Positions 59,856 to 64,000 of a stretch of 64,000 nt of DNA are shown in pieces. The notes below the pieces were generated by a model that was not told the DNA's origin, searched no databases, and saw only the letters and a list, made by a program, of their open reading frames with translations. Origin of the DNA: Squalus acanthias (lineage: Eukaryota); the NCBI GenBank assembly GCA_030390025.1, contig CM059433.1, forward strand, positions 8,248,001 to 8,312,000, in the 5' to 3' direction. Every line of letters starts with the position of its first letter. Position 1 is the stretch's first letter. The translations under genes were made by a program, and so were the position numbers.

Positions 59856-59890
59856 AATGAAAGTGTAGTATTAAAAGTAGTAAAGTAAAG

Positions 59891-60400
59891 GGGGTAATTT
59901 TTCGACTGCATGCCCCAGTAGGAAGTCTTGCCCTCCAGGGGTAATAAATTCATCTGGTCCTATTTTTGGGCCCAGAATCGGTGCTACGCAGGCAGCGAGC
60001 GTGCCCCGACCGAGGCAGGCCTGAAATTGGGCCTCGGGCCTCATTTCAATTATCTAGACGAGCTGCCGAGGCCCATTTTAGTGGATGGATTTTGGCCGAG
60101 GCATCCTCAGATAAGTGCAGGGGGTGGGGAGGACAGTGGCAGGCAGCGACTGCAGAGGAGCCTCCCGGCTTCACATGAATTTTTATTAAAAATCTAAACT
60201 CATCTTTTCAGTGGTGGCTGGTTCCTAAGTCATATCCACGCCAGGAAAACCAAGCCTAATTTCTCAGAGGGATTCTGAAAGAGTCATTAGGTCCTCGTTA
60301 TCATCCGCACAGGGCGTAATGCCAGTTCGGGGCGACCGCCCTGGATGCCTGAAAATCATCCAATACGGCGTTGAGCATTTTCTCAGTTGTCCTTGCGGCC
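59891..60400. mobile_element. Probable degraded MITE
   Basis: Starts ggggtaatttt like the 10011 MITE. Right end unclear. Confidence 0.4.
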
Positions 60401-60817
60401 CAGATCATAGCCCTACAAAAGCGGGATGGCGGGACTGTCGTATGAGAAGAGATTGAGTAAACTAGGCCTGTATTCTCTTGAATTCAGAAGAATGAGTGGG
60501 GGATCTCATTGAAGCATACAAAATTATTACAGGGCTTGATAGGATGGATGCTGGGAGAATGTTTCCCTTGGCTGGGGAGTCTAGAACCAGGGGCCACAGC
60601 CTCAGGATAAAGGGTAGGCCATTCAGGACTGAGATGAGGAGAAATTTCTTCACACAGAGGGTGGTGAATCTTTGGAATTCTCTACCCCAGAGGGTTGTGG
60701 AGGCTCAGTCATTGGGTATATTCAAAACAGAAGTCGATAGATTTCTGACTAGTAAGGGCATCAAGGGATATGGCGATAGGGCCGGTGAGTGGAGTTGAGG
60801 CAGAAGATCAGCCATGA

Positions 60818-60904
60818 CTTCACCTGACGAAGGAGCAGCGCTCCGAAAGCTTGTGATTTCAAATAAAGCTGTTGGACTATAACCTGGTGTTGTGCGACTT
60901 CTCA
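60818..60904 (+). mobile_element. 87-bp Penelope-like mini-insert (family A)
   Basis: TSD catga at 60813-60817 and 60905-60909. Identical to 39775-39861. Confidence 0.9.
60820..60856 (+). ncRNA. Minimal hammerhead ribozyme motif, canonical core
   Basis: tcac-CTGACGA-A-GGAGC-agc-GCTCC-GAAA-GCTT-gtga. Confidence 0.8.
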
Positions 60905-61797
60905 CATGATCTCATTGAATGGCGGAGGAGGCTCGAAGGGCCGAACGGCCTACTCCTGCTCCTATTTCTTATGTTGTTATGTTCTTGAAGCGGGCGCAGT
61001 AATGAACAACGTCTACCCCGATATCAGAGACTTGGGTATGTCATGTGTATAATTTTGCGACCATTAATTTAAATGGTTAGAAAATCACGCGCGCCTGGCC
61101 CAAATTTCTGATATGTGTCCCTGGCGGATGAGGCTTCATGCTGGGAGCATAGTCAGAAAAATGACCCCTCTGAATCCAGCCCAGGTTCTCGCTGAAACCG
61201 GTTTTAATCGCCCAGCCAATTTTCCATGTACTGGGACCGAGTTTGTGATTCTGCTTTGCTAAGCATCATTTGTGCACTGTTTTGTCTTCTACTCACATTA
61301 CATTTAGAACACTTTGTACTGGTGCTCGCTGCTTGTGTGTGGGAGAGGAGAGAAGTAATCGGGGATAGCATGGTGTTACTAACCCCTGAGATTTTAGATT
61401 TTCTTGTCTCAGTGCTAATGATGCATGAGCTATTAACAAGTCTCAAGTGAGACGAGAGTTTAGAATCATTTCCCCCCCCGCCCCCCCCACACAGATTTAT
61501 GGAACAGACTCTGAGCAAAAGCAACTGGTGCTGCATTGATTAATTCCTTCAAAAGAAAGGCTATATAAATCTGGCTGCAGATGTGTTTTGAAGGTTGCGG
61601 GGATTAGTATAGACCGAGATGATCAAGTGCTCCAGAGGAACATCCTGTGCAGTTGTCAGCTAAGGTGGGTGTGGAGCAAGATTGTCATCTGTGGAGACGG
61701 CCGGCCAGAGTCCAGTGGAATTGTGGGGAAGGACTGATAGTGTGGAGTCCACTTGATTACCTTTGGAGAGGGGAAGTCTTTCCCTTTTAGGATTAAA

Positions 61798-62240
61798 TCT
61801 CGTATCGGGCATCGTCCGCATGCCCGATACGAGACTCCCAAAACAAGCGCTCTACTCGGAGCTCCGACACGGCGAGAGAGCCCCAGGTGGGCAGAGGAAA
61901 CGCTTCAAGGACACCCTCAAAGCCTCCTTGGAAAAAGTGCAACATCCCCACCGACACCTGGGAATCCCTGGCCCAAGACCGCACAAAGCGGAGGAGAAGC
62001 ATCCGGGAAGGCGCCGAACACCTCGAGTCGCTTCGCCGGGAGCAAGCAGAAGCCAAGCGCAAGCAGCGCAAGGAGCGCACGTCAACCCAAGCACCCCACC
62101 CACCCGCCCCTTCAACCACCGTCTGCCCCACCTGTGACAGAGACTGTAGGTCCCTCCTTGGACTCATCAGTCACCTGAGAACTCATTTTTAGTGTGGCAG
62201 CAAGTCATCCTCGGTTCTGAGGGACTGCCTAAGAAGAAGA
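61798..62240 (+). mobile_element. RTE (BovB-like) 3' fragment with a 5' micro-inversion
   Basis: VRMPDTRLPKQALYSEL...CPTCDRDCRSLLGLISHLRTHF. TSD aggattaaa(t) at 61789 and 62243. Confidence 0.92.
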
Positions 62241-62553
62241 GAAGGATTAAATAGATTGGGTGAGAGCCATAATAAAATAGATTGCACGGAAAGGAGCTAG
62301 TTTGATGGGCTGAATGGTCTTTCTGTGTCCCACGCTTCCTTGTGTCTAATGGCTTCAGTTGGTGCACTACTTCAGTGGTGTCATTTCTTTATATATTTCT
62401 CTCCCTTTCCTCATGTGTTTGCCTCGCAAGCCGGAGACTGGTTACCTCGCCCAGGTGCACATTATCCATCTGTGAGTGTTAACAATGAATGTTGGCAGGC
62501 CAATCTCAGTGCAAGGTGGCATCACCACCAAACTTATTCCGTCCTCACCCCAT

Positions 62554-63030
62554 GTGTCAGCTGTGGCTCAGTGGGCAGCACACTTGCCTCTGAGTCAGAA
62601 GGTTGTGGGTTCATAGTCCCACTCCAGAGACTTGAGCTCATAAAGCTAGGCTGACACTCCCAGTGCAGCGCTGAGGAAGTGCTGCACTGTTGGAGGTGGC
62701 GTCTTTCAGATGAAACGTTAAACCGGGGCCCCGTCTACCCTCTCAGGTGGATGTAAAAGATCCCCATGGGCACTATTTCGAAAAAGAGCAGGGGAGTTAT
62801 CCCCAGTGTCCTGGGGCCAATATTTATCCCTCAACCAACATAACAAAAACAGATTATCTGGTCATCATCACATTGCCGTTTGTGGGAGCTTGCTGTGCGC
62901 AAATTGGCTGCCGCGTTTCCCACATTACAACAGTGACACCACTTCAAAACTACGCCGTTGGCTGTAAAGCGCTTTGAGATGTCCGGTGGTTGTGAAAGGC
63001 GCTATATAAATGCAAGTCTTTCTTTTCTTT
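62554..63030 (+). mobile_element. Full-length Deu-domain tRNA SINE
   Basis: A-box tggctcagtgg, B-box-like gggttcatagtccc, Deu body, L2-like tail. Confidence 0.93.
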
Positions 63031-63126
63031 CAATGTCCATACACACACATAATTCTATCAATAGTGATTAAGCGTGAGAACCTTGGATGATTTTTCCCAC
63101 CTGTGGCGCTGAGAGCAACTCATTCT

Positions 63127-63465
63127 TGGGATGTGGCCGTTGTGGCAAGGCCAGCAGTTATTGCATTGGTACAATTAAGAGTCAACCACGTTGGTGTTGA
63201 TTTGGAGTCAGATACAGGCCAGAGCACGGTAAGGACGGCAGGTTTCCTCCCCCAAGGGACATTAATCAACCAGCTGGATTTTTACGACAATCTGACAGCT
63301 TCATGGTCACTTTTACTGGTCCCAGCGTTTTATTTCCAGGATTTGCTTTTAAACTGAATTCCAATGCTCAAACGGCCACAGGTGGTGATTTGAACTCACA
63401 GTTCTCTGTATTATTGCTCCAGGCCTCTGGACTAATAGTCCAGTGACATCACCATTACACTATAT
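63127..63465 (-). mobile_element. Second tRNA-derived SINE family, sharing body and tail with the CR1-group LINE
   Basis: Minus strand: gtgtaatggtgatgtcactggac...gagttcaaatc head; ggaaacctgccgtccttac...gtggttgactcttaa body; caataactgctggccttgcc...cacatccc tail. Confidence 0.75.
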
Positions 63466-63659
63466 CACACCCTGATCGATTGCACTACCTCGATGACCAC
63501 AATGGCTGCGATCGAACTGCGGCCTGAACCTGACACCTTCCTTTGGTGATGTGATTGACAGGCGACACGGCTGACTGTACTCAGTAATGTAACTTGCCAA
63601 TCATGCCACCAACTAAAGGTTGCCAGTCTAATGATCTAAATGCATTCACTGTATATTAA

Positions 63660-64000
63660 TTTCCGAGGCTCCCCTGCCGCAACCCCAACTGTCCCATCCT
63701 ACTCTCTCGCCGACCTTCCCACCCAGCGCGCCCACTGGGGGCTAATCTCGCCAATCTCATCCCCGTCCAACTCATCCCTCCCCCAGCGCTGACCCTGTGG
63801 ACGCTGGCAGTGGGACAGCCATCACCGACCCTCTCCGCATCTCCCTTCAGAATGTCCGTTCACTTGCGAACAAGGCCCTTGTCATCCATGAGCTTATCGT
63901 GGATGATTGCATCGACATCATGGCCCTGACAGAAACTTGGCTGAGGGGAGATGACACCTTACTCTTAAATGAAGCCTCCCCGCCTGGCTATACCTTCCAC
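63660..64000 (+). mobile_element. L2-type LINE ORF2 start (APE endonuclease), continues past the window end
   Basis: LRISLQNVRSLANKALVIHELIVDDCIDIMALTETWLRGDD...PPGYTFH (N-x-R-S-L and L-T-E-T-W motifs). Confidence 0.88.

Larger units (their letters stand above)
60425..60985 (+). mobile_element. CR1 3' fragment with a Penelope mini-insert in the 3' UTR
   Basis: GDLIEAYKIITGLDRMDAGRMFPL...KGYGDRAGEWS. Confidence 0.93.

Noticed and set aside
62554..62630. tRNA gene
   Set aside because: A and B boxes belong to a SINE head; there is no complete cloverleaf, and the SINE body follows in every copy.

Overview
Eukaryotic DNA that is very dense in transposable elements. The repeat mix (CR1, L2, RTE, Deu-domain tRNA SINEs, Penelope-like elements, Harbinger-type elements and MITEs, Mag-type Gypsy) suggests a cartilaginous fish, probably a shark; this is an inference from repeat content only. 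No intact host gene can be identified. Almost all ORFs in the track are LINE/LTR/transposon fragments, antisense shadows or low-complexity artefacts, and only a few weak candidate exons are noted. The most interesting signals are: (1) seven minimal hammerhead-ribozyme motifs from two Penelope-like families, including a copy with an apparently perfect 278-bp inverted repeat and three 87-137 bp TSD-flanked inserts that are essentially ribozyme plus tail; (2) MITEs carrying promoter motifs (NRF1-like, GC box, CACGTG-N12-CCAAT), clustered consensus 5' splice sites and a ready-made 30-nt micro-exon; (3) a tRNA SINE whose body and tail match the 5' UTR and 3' tail of a CR1-group LINE in the same window; (4) two related solo LTRs inserted into the same part of CR1; (5) several unusual arrays, duplications and fold-backs. 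Boundaries of old fragments are approximate. Family names come from motif recognition, not database searches.
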